The position numbers and the translations under genes were made by a program. A stretch of 64,000 bases of DNA, from positions 100,006,001-100,070,000 of the forward strand of contig NC_042998.1 in the NCBI RefSeq assembly GCF_006345805.1, written 5' to 3'. The notes beneath the pieces were generated by a model. The model was given only the letters and a program-made list of their open reading frames with translations, was not told where the DNA came from and did no database searches. Source of the DNA: Octopus sinensis. Lineage: Eukaryota. Below are positions 36,501-50,162 of the stretch, in pieces. Numbering within the stretch: position 1 is the first letter of the stretch; the number at the start of each line of letters is the position of its first letter.

Positions 36501-37215
36501 TCATATCTTTATTTTAAATCACACCTTAAGAATCTAACAATTGCTTCAATTGCATTAACATATATATACATCATCATTATCATCATTGTTTAATGTCCAC
36601 CTTTGAATTAATAATATGTTTAAAAAATCTATGTCAATACAACATTATCAAGGTAATCCAAATTGGTGAAATTCTAACTGAAGATCTGAAAAAATTTTAG
36701 CTGTTAAAAAACACTAACAAAAATAAACAAACCAAATTTAACTTAAGACATTCATTAGTTATAGACATTCATTATGTAGAATTATTTTCTGTAGTTTTTT
36801 CTTTAGTTATCTATTAAGCATAACGTAGAATTCTTGTCTGCAGTTTTTGTTCTTTAGATATCCAGTGACATCATCAATTCTAGTAGATAAATATACTCAT
36901 TTTCTATGTTAAGATATTTTTTTATGTAGATTTCAAATTGTCAAAAAAATATGGAATTAGTATGGTAGTTTTTATATCTTATTTTTATAAACTAAATGAG
37001 TTATTCAATGACTTTGTTCTTGGTTGCTGAATGAATGAATGTCTAAAGTTAAATTTGTTTTGGTGGTTTTCAACAGCTAAAATTTTTTCTGATGTTCAGT
37101 TAGAGTTTTACCAATTTGAATTACCTTGATAATGTTGTGTTGACATAAATTTTCATACATATTACTATGAATTTTAATAATATTATGTATGTATGTATAT
37201 ATGTATGTATGTGTA

Positions 37216-37257
<42 letters not shown>

Positions 37258-37880
37258 ATTATGTTAGTGCAATTGAAACAATTGTTGGATTCTTAAGGTG
37301 TGATCTAAAATAAAGATATGATTTTCTTTGTACATGTTATTCATAGTTGTTAATACTCTGAATTTTTTTATATTCTGCATAAATATTGTTGAATCTGTCA
37401 TACATGAGGATTTATGTGGGATTTGCATTCTACATACATTTATTGGTATCTTCTTGGAAATTTAACCTTATTCTTTTATACTGAGTGCTTAGTTTATATC
37501 TGCCAGGATTTTATAAACTCCTTTTTTTCTTTTATATATATATGTGTGCATATATGTATGTATATGTGTGCGTTTGTATCTCTTTGTCTTGAAATAGTCT
37601 GATGGTTGTAAAGGAGCACCACTGTCATACAAGCAGTGTTGTTCACGTCCAGTCTTCTGGTTATGGCAAAATATTACCTTGCTTCGAAACAGGTGAAGCT
37701 TGGCAACAGGAAGGGGATCCAGCCATAGAAAATCTTCTTCAGTGAATTCTTTTTGACCTATGCTAGCATGAAAAGCAATGATTATAGCGAAGCTATTTGT
37801 GTGTATGTGCATGCGCACGCGGGCAGGCAGGCGTGTGTATTAAGAACTGATTGATGGATTTCTGAATATTAATATTTCAG

Positions 37881-38123
37881 ATGGACGCACAAAAGTGAAT
37901 TTGAATGATTTAGGTTTGGCCTTCCGTACGATGGACATTAGTATAAGTGAATTAGAAGACTACATCAAACATGTTGATGCTTTTCCATTTGAGAAAGAAT
38001 TAGTGGTGTTTCCAAAGCCCAAAAAAACCAAGTTAGGATTTCCTAACCCAAAGAGCCGTGAGATTTACCATCGAGAAGAACATATTCCTCATTACTTGCC
38101 TTATATGTTTCCTGGTATGGAAG
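37881..38123 (+). CDS. TAF3: TAF3 coding exon 2
   Basis: atttcag|AT ... G|gtaaga; YGRTKVNLNDLGLAFRTMDISISELEDYIKHV...HIPHYLP matches YGRTDPILDDVGEAFQLMGVSLHELEDYIHNI...YIPDYLP; phase 1-1. Confidence 0.96.
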
Positions 38124-38861
38124 GTAAGACACTTTTTATAAAGTTATTTGCTATTCTCTTATTTAGATTCTTTTTAAATATCTCTTTTACAAGTTTTACA
38201 TTCAGTTTTACATACCAGCATTTTTGGAATGATTTAAAATTTGAATTATTGAAAATTGTTAAGGCATGTGTTTCTTTATAAGTTGATGCCTTTTCTGCTG
38301 TTGACCATGCAGGAGTTGAACCCACAACCTTATAATTGTGGGCCCAGTACTCTAACCACTAGACCTCATGTTTTTATAACCGGACAGATTTTTACGTAAA
38401 ACTGTTTGTTCAAATGAAAGTGATGTGTATGTTTTGGAATCAAGGTTTCCTTTGATATACACCTCTTGTAGCAGCAGGAATTTTATCCATTCACAATTTT
38501 AAATTGCAAAGAAAACTATGGACCTGTTGAGAATTGAAGGGAATTTCCGCTATATGCTGTTTGTAGTAGTTGGATTGGTAGTGCAGAACACAATGGCATT
38601 AGAGTCTTGCCTTCATCATCATCAACTTTGCATCTGTCTTGGTAGGCTGGCATTGGTTGTCTATAGAATGGTTATTATCCATCTGTCTTATATGATGGTG
38701 CTTCTACATGTATTTCTATTTCTAATGATGTTTAGCTTTAAAATAATTTTAAAAAGATATTTGTTCTTCATGTATTATAAATGCATCTACAACAGTAAAT
38801 AAACAATCTGATTTAATGTAATACTTCTATTTTTTGATACAATAGCATTTCTATCTTTCAG

Positions 38862-39066
38862 ATGAAGTTGAGGCTGAAGAGGAAGTATCTCCTCCTCCAT
38901 CAGAAACTCCAGCAGCTCAGGCTGGAAACACAACTCCAGTATCGCTTCCCAACTCTCAAGAAGCAAAAACTAGTGAAAGCCTTTCTGAGACAAGTCCAAA
39001 CTTAAGAACTGGTGAGAAAAGGCTCCTTAATAGTCCAACAGATGGACAAGTATATAAAAGACAAAG
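38862..39066 (+). CDS. TAF3: TAF3 coding exon 3 (acidic / Ser-Pro rich)
   Basis: ctttcag|AT ... AG|gtaagg; open frame DEVEAEEEVSPPP...YKRQR; phase 1-2 bridges exons 2 and 4. Confidence 0.88.
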
Positions 39067-39319
39067 GTAAGGAAAAGTTACAAATATTTCTTTCACTAAG
39101 ATGTTTGGGGCATTTTAAATTCTAAACTCAATTGAATAAGCATTTTTGGTATTGTTTACTGAAATTTATGTTAGTTTTCATAAAAACGACTATTATTTCC
39201 ACCTACATTCATCCAAGAATATCTGTGTATCAAGTTTTTTTTTAAATTGCCACTTTGTGTCAGCTGTACATATGGCAAAAGTGATTAGTAGTGTAACATA
39301 CTCAAAACTGCCAATGGGA

Positions 39320-41113
39320 GAAGAAGAATCTGCCAACTGTGGATCCAACAGAGGAACCAACAATTTGAATAAGCAGTAGCATAGTAGATAAAGCCATGAA
39401 GGATATGAAAACCAGGAAAGCCCCTGGTCCATCAGGAATCACTGTTGAGATGCTTAAAATATCTGGCAGTGTGAGTTATGATCTAGTCACCTGTATAGTT
39501 AATCAAGTTATTCACAATGGAGTTATACCCCATGACTGGTGTAGCAGCTACAAAGGTAAAGGTGATGCCTTAGACAAAAATAATTACAGAGGTATCAAAT
39601 TGTTGGATCAGGCAGTGAAAGTTATGGAGAGGGTCATAGCCCAACTAATTAGGAAGAGAGTATAGTCTAGATGACATGCAATTTGGTTTTGTGCCAAGGA
39701 GAAGCACCATTGATGCTATATTTCTAGTAAGGAAGTTACAGGAGAAGTACCAAGCCCAAAATAAACCCCTGTACTTGGCTTTTGTTGACATGGAGAAAAC
39801 CTTCAACAAGGTCTCCTGCTCCCTTATCTGATGGTCAGTGTGGAAAGTAGGGATAGATGAGAGCTGTACAAGCCATGTACAGGAATGCTATCAGTAAGGT
39901 GAAGGTTGGCAACGGATATAGCAATGAATTCAGAGTACAAGCAGGGGTTCACCAAGGGTCAGTCCTTAGCTCCGCCTTGTCCATCATAGTCCTCCAGGCA
40001 ATGACAAAGGAATTTAAGTCAGGCTGTTCTTGGGAGCTCCTCTATGCTGAATCACTACCAGAACTAGAGAAGAAATTTCAGGTGTGGAAGCAAAGTCTAG
40101 CAGTTAATTTAGCAAAAAACCAAAGCCTTTAGTGAGTGGGAAAGCAGACAAATCACAAATTCCTTCTCAATATGCAGAAAAGGCATAGGTAGAAATTCTA
40201 TAAGATGGACACATAAGAGGTGCAGCAATATCAGAGGAAGGTTAACAAGGAAAATAACAGATGCACAGGTACAATTAACACTGGAAATATACAGAAAATA
40301 AACTCCATCAAATACCAGATGGGATACCTAGAAGTAGTTGATAGCTTCTGTTATCTAGGTGACCAAGTCAGCAGTGGAGATCAATACTCCGAGACTAGCT
40401 GCTAGAATAAGAATAGGCTGGGCAAAGTTCAGAGAGTTCCTGCCTCTGTTGGTAACTAAGAGCCTCTCCTTCAGAGTAGAAGGAAGATTGTATGATACCT
40501 GTGTGTGAACAACCATGCTACATGGCTGTGACTGCTGAGGACATGCGTAGACTTGGAAGAAATAAAGCAAACATGATTTGCTGGATGTGCAATGTCAGTG
40601 TGCATGTATAACAGAATGTAAGCGTTTTGAGAGAAAAACTGGGCATAAGAGGCATCAGATGTGGTGTGCAAGAAAGACAACTGTGCTGGTATGGCCATGT
40701 GATACATATGAACGAGGACAGCTGTGTAGAGAAGTGTCAGTCTGTAATTGTGGAAGGAACCTGTGGAAGAAGTAGACCCAGGTAAACATGGAACAAAGTG
40801 GTGAAGCATGATCTTTGAACATTGAGCTCACAGAGGTAATGACAAGTGACCAAAACCTTTGGCAATATGCCATGCTTAAGAAGACTTGTCAAGCCAAGTG
40901 AAATTGTAGTTGTGGCCAATACCAATGTCATGTAACTGGCATGAGAAAAACACCCCTTACATTCTTGGAGCGGTTCATATTAGGAAGGGCATCCAGCCAT
41001 AGAAACCATACCAGACCAGAGTAGAACTTGGTGCAGCTCTCTGGCTTACCAGTTCCAGTCTAACCATCTAACCCATGCCAGCATGGAAAACAGATACCAA
41101 ATGATTATGATGA
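39320..41113 (+). mobile_element. RTE LINE 3' half (RT remnant plus tail) filling most of TAF3 intron 3
   Basis: KAPGPSGITVEMLK..NYRGIKLLDQAVKVMERV, GVHQGSVLS RT motifs with stops and frameshifts; ends in a (GAT)n-like tail about 110 nt before exon 4. Confidence 0.88.
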
Positions 41114-41225
41114 TGTATGTGTGTGTTTTAAAGTAGTATAAATATTTTTCATTGAGTAAAGATTCTGAATGCATTTACTTACCAGTGGAGTTGAGAATAT
41201 ATTTGAAATTATTTTTTCTTTATAG

Positions 41226-42990
41226 GTTGACCAATAATAATTTGCCTGAAGAAGCTGGACATTCGCAGTATGAAATGACTGGTGTGAAGATGTTGCCTTC
41301 TGGTTTATTATCCCCTATGAAGAATGAAGGAAAGCTTCCTGATGCTTCTCTTCCACAGATTTTTACACCTGTTGAGAAAAAGAAAGAACCTGTTGTTAAA
41401 GAAATTCCAAAGAAAATTGTGGCTGGAGTGACAGGTGATGGTTCAAAATTAGAAGATAAAGAAAACATCACAGTGAAAAAGACCAACAGTAATCAAAAGG
41501 ATCCGGGAAAAGTCAATCCTACAAAAACACCTGTGAAATCTATCAGTAAAAATAGTTCTAATCTTCCTCCAAATAAAGCAGTGAAAAAAAATTCAATTGC
41601 TAAAGGAAAAATCACTAAAATAACAAAGAAATCAGCTAACAGAACTGCGGTAGCAGCCAAATCATTAAAAGGAAAAGTAATAAATAAAAACTCTGTGAAG
41701 AATGCATCTAATAAAAGCTCAGCAAAGAATGTATCTAATAAAAACTCATCTAAAACTGATGGGCCACCTCCTGGAAGTCCAGGAAGTTGCTTGAAAGAGC
41801 TTTTGCTTCATCCAAAAGCAGAAAAGAGTAAGACAACAAAAGGTGATAAGAAGCTTCCTTATTCTTCATCCCCTTCTATTAAGGCTGGTGGTACTCCTGT
41901 TAAAGTACCAAGTAATTTATTAATGCCTGCCAATGCAATGGCAATGTCTAAGAGCTTACATTCACTTCAAGATGATGATAGTTCAACAGATGAATCACCA
42001 GAGCCACGTCTTATTATTGCCGAGTCAGATCCAAAACCCAAAGAAAAAGGTGATTCAAAGTGGGGAAAATCTGCCAAGTATGATAGTATTCAAGGTGGTG
42101 GTAAGAAAGGAGAACAAGCAGCTCAGGACAAAGGTAAAGCTGGTACAACAAGCACTGGGCCTAAAGAAAAGAAAACAGCAGCACAAAAGAAAAAGAAGGA
42201 ACCAGTCAAAAGAAGTACATCAGAAAGTATTGATGCTTGCATCAACACAGTGGTGCGCAACTATAGTGCTGCAGCCACCCGAGAGAGAAAACAGAGGGAG
42301 CTTGATGCAATACCCAAGACAGACGCAGATGCATTGGTTGCTGCTGCGACTGCTGCTGTTGTGTCTGCAGCTGCAGCAGCCACAGCATCTTCAGCGGCTC
42401 TTAATTCAACTGCTGTTTCTAAACCTTGTGTTAAATCTGAAAGCCTAGAACCAATTAAGAAAGGTGACAAAAAGCCACAAAAGAAGAAGAAAAATGTGAC
42501 AAAGGAAAAAGTAAAGAAATTGAAAGCAAAAACTGTTGATGAACTAAATGACAAAGAAAATGCTGAAGTGCCTGATAAACTCAAGGAGAAACTGCAACAA
42601 AATGTCCAACACCAGAACTCACCTGGTCCTGACAGGACTCCACTTGCTTGTCCTGATAGATATGCTTCAGAAGCTTGGAAAATCTATGATTTTGATGGCA
42701 GTCCACCTATGTCACGTTGCTGTTCATCACCAACTCAAGGTACCTCTTCCCTTAGTGTATCACCTTCTCCTAAGCAGATGTCACCTATAGTTATGGATTC
42801 ACTCACTCTGCTTTCAACAGCTGCAACAAGTGCAGCAAATGCAGCCATGGGAATGCTTCCTTCAACTCCATTTATGCCTACAGATTCCAGTAATATGTCA
42901 ATGCAAGATACTGACCTTTCACAGCTTAAAATGAAAATTGGGCTCAAGAAAGGTGGCAAAGGGAAAATAAAATCGAAGCTGAAATCAAAG
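41226..42990 (+). CDS. TAF3: TAF3 coding exon 4 (large Lys/Ser/Pro-rich disordered region)
   Basis: ttatag|G ... AAG|gtaagt; part of the 620-aa ORF 41152-43014; phase 2-0. Confidence 0.9.
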
Positions 42991-45010
42991 GTAAGTCAGA
43001 TTAGAAGACAATGAATAAAATTAAAAAGCCAAAAAAGATTATTCTAATTCAGAAAACAGAAAATTGATTCTTTTACAGTTCAAACTGAGACTTAACTCTG
43101 TTTTCTATGTAATTTTAAGAAAATATGAGACAAATCATTCCCTGCATAAGATGCCAGTCTATTGCAGTTAACTTTTTCATAAGATAAGTAAAGCTCACCA
43201 TTCCAAGCTAACACTGGTTAATTTTGCAATGCTACTGGTAATTACAGTGTCATGTCATTCTACTCTGGTTCTGTTATGTTTATCAACTGTGTGTGATCAT
43301 AAGTCTCTTCACTATTAGCACAACACATTGTCAGTAACAACAAAAGACTGACTAGTGTACCATGAATCTCATAATTCTTGTGGCTAATTTTTACAAGATT
43401 TTTATTGAATTATTTTTACAAATTTGAACACTTTATTCCTCTATTTAGTCTACAATTTCCCTTTCTCTGTTTAACCTGACACTAAATCTACTGCTGTGGA
43501 TGGGAAGTCAATTTCATTAAATGATTATTGAATGATATGCCCAAGGGAATCTGCATTTAGAGATATTACTGAATATAAATTCTGCTTTTCAAATTAAATG
43601 TCGTACTGTAATAAGTATAATAACAACTAGCAGTACCTGTGAATGTTTCATGGAATTAATGGTAAACTTACTGGGTTATTTCTGAAAATTTTATCCAAAA
43701 ATCTGAAAGTGTAGCCTGTGTTGTGTCTGTATCAAAAGATAGTTGCTCACCTGCTAATCATTGAAAAGTGAGAGAAATTGGAATATGATTACTTAATGCA
43801 CTTTATATGTACACTTTATATATTTTATGCACAATTTTATAGACTTAATACACAGCACTCTCCCTCTTTGCCTTACCCTCTTTTTCTCTCTCCCTTTTTT
43901 TCGCTTTTCGCCTTTCATGTCAACTAACTACATGAAAGCATTACAGGCGGCTAAGTAAACAGAGGAGAAAAACAGTTCAAAAATAAAAATTACACATTAC
44001 ACTCACCACTGCCTCCCCTCCCCTTCAACTAATCACACGGAAGTGTTATGGATGGGCTGCATAACAGAGGAGCAAGCAGAATTATTATAAGATTCCAAGA
44101 ATAGAATATTAGTTGTTGCTAAGTCACTCTGGTTAGCTTTGCTTGATTAGATCCATGAAACAGTGATATATATTACTTTGTTTAGTAGGTTAAGTGACTA
44201 TGTGGAAGTACCCTTGTAGGCTTGAGATTTATTACTTGTTGGTGAGCTCCAAGACAGATCTGATCCAAGAGTCTTATGATAAAAAACATTTCAATATGAC
44301 AATCTCATCTATTTTGTTTTCAGGCACAGTTCATCTAGGTCCACATTATTCCACTTTTAAGATTTTAGGAGGATTTTGACTGTTGTTTTAGCAGGTTGAG
44401 TAATCACATAGAGACTCCTTCAGTTTATCCAACCAATATCTATATGACACCATTGAATATTGGCTATGTTTTACATCCATTTTTTCTGTTATTAAGTGTA
44501 GGATTGTTGTGGTTTTTGATATTTGAAAATATATTTTTCTAAACTAAATTAAAGATCTCTACTTTTACTCAACTGTACATTGGAAGTGGTTCTGAATTTT
44601 AGCTTGAGTTATGCTGTGTCTATGCTATGGGGAGGTACATTCTTCATTAGGGAGGGTCTTTGTATCTAAGAGCAACCATGCATCCCGCTGTTTGGTGAAA
44701 ATGAAATTGATCTGGTTAGCAGAGTCACCTGATTGATAGGTTATCAGGTGGCTGGCTGGCTTCCTGAAGTTGGTGTTGTAGATCAGAAGGTTATTTGCAT
44801 CACGGCTTCCTGAAGTTATTGTTGCAGACCAAAAGGTTATTTCACTAATTTCAGAGTAATTATTCTGCCAATATCCAAAATGCCATACTCTTTCTACCAG
44901 TAACCTTGTAGTCTGCTGAGTATTCTTGTCTGTACTTTTTGTGTTACTGAAGTCATTAGCCTACCTCTGATGGTAATTTGTCACCTCTAACTTTAGTGCT
45001 TATTTTCTAG

Positions 45011-45133
45011 ATAAAAGAACACAAGAAGGAAAAGAAAGACAAAAAGAAAGACAAGGAGAAAAAGAAGAAAACAAAAGAAAGAGAAGAGAAAAAGCAAAAG
45101 GATAAAGAACGAATCAAAGAGGATAATTATCAG
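45011..45133 (+). CDS. TAF3: TAF3 coding exon 5 (Lys/Glu-rich)
   Basis: tttctag|ATA ... CAG|gtaagt; IKEHKKEKKDKKKDKEKKKK..., like the KE-rich tract of vertebrate TAF3; phase 0-0. Confidence 0.88.
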
Positions 45134-47184
45134 GTAAGTGATGTAATTTTATTCAGTTTTATTAAATGACTTCATTCCAAGCAGTAATTCTTTCAAATGG
45201 CTTTACAGTAGTCTACTTATTGTAAAAAGTGACCTATTAAAGGAGGGTCCTTGTTAGTATTAATATTCTAGCTTATTAAGGCAGCCGGCTGAATTGTTAG
45301 CTTACCAGGCAAAATGCTTAGTGGTATTTTGTCCATCCCTATGTTCTGAGTTCAAAATTCCACTGAGGTCGACTTTGCTTTTCATCCTTCCAGTATCAAA
45401 AAAGTAAGTACCATTGAGGTCACTGTAACCAACTTACTCCCTTTCCCAAAATTGCTGACCTTGTGCCAAAATTTAAAATTGATATTCTAGTTTATTTTCT
45501 GCATAACTCTTCTTGAATTTTTTTTTTAATCCCTTCCATTGTAGAAACAAAGATTAACAACTTAGTAATTTTCGAGTATTAAATTGTTCATAAATGAATG
45601 CACATGGACTAGCAGTTAAGATATTGTGCTCATGATTTTTAGGTCATAAGTTCAACTGGAACCAGGTGTCACATTGTTCACTTCTTATTGTTCTAGTCTT
45701 TCCAGCTGAAAATATGCACCAGGACCGATGGCAACTGGAGGTTAATCTTGATATAGATTGACATCCCATTTAGTGTCAACTCTTGTATTCTATGTTGCTT
45801 GAACACTTCTGAAACAGAAATAAGCTCTGGCATAATGCACCTATAGGCTTGAAACAAGAAAGAAGAAATCTTTTAGATAAGCTTCTCAGCTAATTTTTAC
45901 TTATTCACAATATTTTCTACACTTCCTAACTATGCAGTCACTTTCTCTATTCCAGCCCATCGTTTAATTAACTTTTAAACATTTGGTATTATATCAGATT
46001 AAACTCACTTTGTTTGATCTATTTCTCAATTACATCATCTGAGTTGTTTTGACCATCCATTACTCATATGATATATAGTCCCTGTTAGCTCTGCATGGAC
46101 TGAAATTATTTAAAGGAAGTTAACTAATTAAGTAAAGCTTTTGATTGACACTTTTTGAAGATACTTTGCCAATTTATTATGACACATGTCATTTAAGATT
46201 TCAGACATAAATCATTTGGCTTCCCTTTTAGGAGTTTTTGTAGGAAGTGTAACTATTTCATTCGCATAGTTCAATTGGACTGTGTCTCTGTTGAGGTATT
46301 GTCTTCAAGGATGTATTCAATTATATCAACCTTAGTATTTGTTTTAGTTTGATACTTTTTTTATCAATCTCTATTTATTGAACTACTAAATTACAATTTT
46401 CACTTGACACCAGTAAATATAAAAACAGATCAAAATAAGGATAGAGATATGGATACAGACATGCACACGCACATGCATACACACGTATGCGATGGGCTTT
46501 TATACAGTTTCTGGACACCAATTTCCACTCACAAGGCATTGATCAACCCAAGGCTACAGTACAAGCTACATGATCAAAGTGTCAAACAGGGATCGAACCC
46601 AGAACCACTATATTGTGAAGTGAACTTCTGAACCTGTAGGATTATATTCAACATAAACTTTTTTTTCCTCAGAAATGAGTATATGTTAGTATATGAAATA
46701 GCAAACAAGATTACTAAATTTTATTCCAACAGGCAAATATTTTATTTAAATAAACCCTAACCCTAATTTCTCACCAAATCAAAGAAAACCATTGAGAAAT
46801 TAGCTGTTTTTCTGGTATTTAGGAAAATAATACTAAAAAATAAAGTCATAGAATTTCAGATTTTCGTCTTAAGCAAAATTTAATTTTGGAGGTGTATTTG
46901 CGAGGCAAATGATTTTAATCTGAGACCATGAGTTGAAACTAAAACAATTGCAGTGTGGAAAACACATATTAATCATTGGAAAAATAACCAAAAAAACAAA
47001 GTGTTAACTTCACTTAAACATTTATTATATGTAGTATTGTATCAAAATGTTCATTGCATGAACTGTGACCTGCTTATTGACATGTTACACTGCATTTTTC
47101 ATTCTTTTGCATATCATAAATGATCTTCTTTTAACATTGGATGTTTAATGCACTGTTAATTTTAATTTTTTTTTATTTTTGTAG

Positions 47185-47417
47185 TGTACTGTTGTTCCAC
47201 AGGATGGTCAAATATCAACACCACTTTCAGTGCCACGGCTCAAGTTAAACATCAAACTTGGCAGTAGTACACCTGTTGCAGTAGCATCTGATGAAGGAAG
47301 TAATAAACCTGCTCCACCACCTGTTTCTCTCTCTATTACTGAACGTTCACCTAGCAATGCCGCTAAACGAGAGCCACCTCAGTCACCATCTTTATCAAGA
47401 CCTGAAATTCCAAGGCT
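47185..47417 (+). CDS. TAF3: TAF3 coding exon 6
   Basis: tttgtag|TGT ... CT|gttagt; VPRLKLNIKLG...PEIPRL; phase 0-2 matches the next acceptor; alternative in-frame acceptor at 47203. Confidence 0.8.
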
Positions 47418-47650
47418 GTTAGTATCAATTGAATTTTGTTTATGTATATATGTATGTCTGTGTGTGTGTGTGTGTGTGCGTATGTTGCTTATCACTGATT
47501 TATGCTACTTTTCCATGCAGATTTGTACTGATGGAGTATTTTGAGGCAGTGTTTATGGTTGGATGCCCTTCTGACATCAACTTTTTAGTCACCTTATTTG
47601 ATATGCAGGGAATATGATGCATCTGTTCTAAAATTGAGGATACACACACA

Positions 47651-47653
<3 letters not shown>

Positions 47654-47734
<81 letters not shown>

Positions 47735-47848
47735 ACACACACACACATAAATGTGTATGTTTTCATCATCATTGTTTTATACCTATGCTTTTCCATCATC
47801 ACTTCTTATATGTGAACACTGTGTACCTATTCTAGAACCAAGGTATAC

Positions 47849-47890
<42 letters not shown>

Positions 47891-47906
47891 TATATATATA
47901 TACATA
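47654..47906. repeat. Compound (TG)n(TA)n(CA)n microsatellites
   Basis: Direct reading. Confidence 0.9.
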
Positions 47907-48042
47907 TATATCTATATTGTATAGAGGGCATTATTACACATAAATGCCTCACACTAGGAGGGACAAAGTCATTACTACCAAAATGTCCCTCCTAGTGTGA
48001 GGCATTTATGTGTAATAATGCCCTCTATACAATATAGATATA
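47907..48042. repeat. Perfect 59-bp inverted repeat with 18-nt loop
   Basis: 47907-47965 is the exact reverse complement of 47984-48042. Confidence 0.95.
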
Positions 48043-50162
48043 ATTAATTTGCTCAAAAGAAAAAAATTATTTTCGAATTCTTTTCTTTTATGAGGTTTTC
48101 ACGCTAGCTACCCGATAATTTCTTGTTAAGATCCCTTATTAAGAGATTATCCTTAATTGTTAAACTTATATACATATATATATATAATATACTTTTATAA
48201 CTGGGAGGAATAGAACTCACAGAATAAAATATTTCTATTTTTTCTTATTAGACAAGGAGCTTCAATGATTTCAGTCACTTTAGATCTATGTGTCCTTGCA
48301 GCTCCTCAGTTAATAATATGTGCATAAGTTTATATGTGAATATGTTAATACACTTATGTACATACTTAAACACTTATATATTCACTCGGTAGATTTTTAT
48401 TATGTTTCACTCTCTTATGTGAACCTAGTTTATCATTTGTCTATATTCTGAAGATACTCCATTAATTTTTTTATCCTGATGTCTTAATGAGATATGGTTC
48501 AACTGGCAGACTTTTGTTTGATGAAAACTGAACAACCAGTTCATGTTTTGATATTGATTTGCTGTAAGAAAGTATAGCACTGTTATTTCACAATTGTTAT
48601 TCTTGGAGAAAATGATGCTGATGATAGTCAAGAAGCAAGAAATGCATCCCTGCTCCATCAGAGGGGGTCATGAAATGAATGTTAGTGTTTTTTAACAAGA
48701 GTTGTCCTCAGCAGCAAATGACAGTGAAAACAACCTTTGTGCAAGTCAAATATATCCCAAAGTTATTTGAATTGATTTAAATGTGTGTGAACTACAATCT
48801 CTGGCCCACAGACATACTGTATTTTCTATTTGCCAACCTGAGCACCTTGTCACCATTATCTATGTCTTGTAACTCCTTTGCTCAATCTCCCCTCCCTCCC
48901 CACATTTTTTTTTTTGTTGAATAGCCATGCAGATCCCTCTGCAGTGACCTGCTCTGCCCTACCTCTCTCATAGTAATCTCCTTGTCCACTAGCATGAAAC
49001 TGACCCACCACTTACCCCCAAGTCTTGTAGTTCTGCAAACTGCATGGTAACTTAGACCATGTGGGTGACACATAAAAAGCAGCCAGTCCATGCTGTAAAG
49101 TGGCTGGCATTAGGAAGGACATCCAGCCATAAAAGCCATGCATTGGAGCTCAATGCAATCCTTGAACACATCAGTTCCTATCAGACTGTCCTACCTATGC
49201 CAGCATGAATGATAAATGGTGATGGTAATGATACCATTAACCTCTGCTTCTCTGAATTAAATAGCTGCATATCCACCTGTTTCTTACTTCTCTCCTCTCT
49301 CAGACTCTGCAATAACCACTATGTGCAATCTGTCACTTTCAGAACATCAACCCTCTAGAATTATTCCCTTTTAACATAATATCCTATGGACAGTGACATA
49401 GAAAATTTTGAAACTGAACATAAACTACTCAAATCTCACCCATCTAGGAAGGTCTGCACGTAGTTTGGACACTGCCCCCATCCTCTTAACTAAGCCATAA
49501 AAATAAGATAAAAGCATCATTGTAGCTCTAGGAGCTACAATGAAATTGCTAAATTGATGACTTAAAGGAAGGACACATTGGATAATATAGTCCCTGATAT
49601 ACAAAATACAGAAAAATGGTATGGTCATAGCTAGAACAACAAACTTTATTTTCCTGAAACTTTAAAAGGTATCATGTAGCAGATAGCTCCACTACATCTC
49701 ACACCTATATTACTACCAGACTTATGTGATATTTTACACAGAAATGGTTGCTAGTTGGGTATTTTTACTCTTCAAATGTCATTTGAATATGAATGAACAT
49801 GACTAAAATTAAATCATTTTAATTCACCAACAGACATCATCATCATCATCAACAACAGCAACAATAAAGAGCACATCATTAGATATGCCCTTCTCCTTTG
49901 AAGAAGCTTGGTTTTGATTGGAGAAAAATTTAGATGTTATTTATAGCAGGTCAAGTCATCATAGAGATGTTCCTCTTTGGTTTGACAGATATTGGATAAT
50001 TTCTAGTTGTGGTGATGAAGTTTTCATTTTTATGAAAGAGCAGTTATAATTTATGTTAAGGATTTCACCACGTCTGCAGTTGAAAAATTTATATTTTATT
50101 ATTTTTTAAAGAACTCTTTCAGTTACTTATTTATTGTTAATGATTATTTTATATAATTTCAG

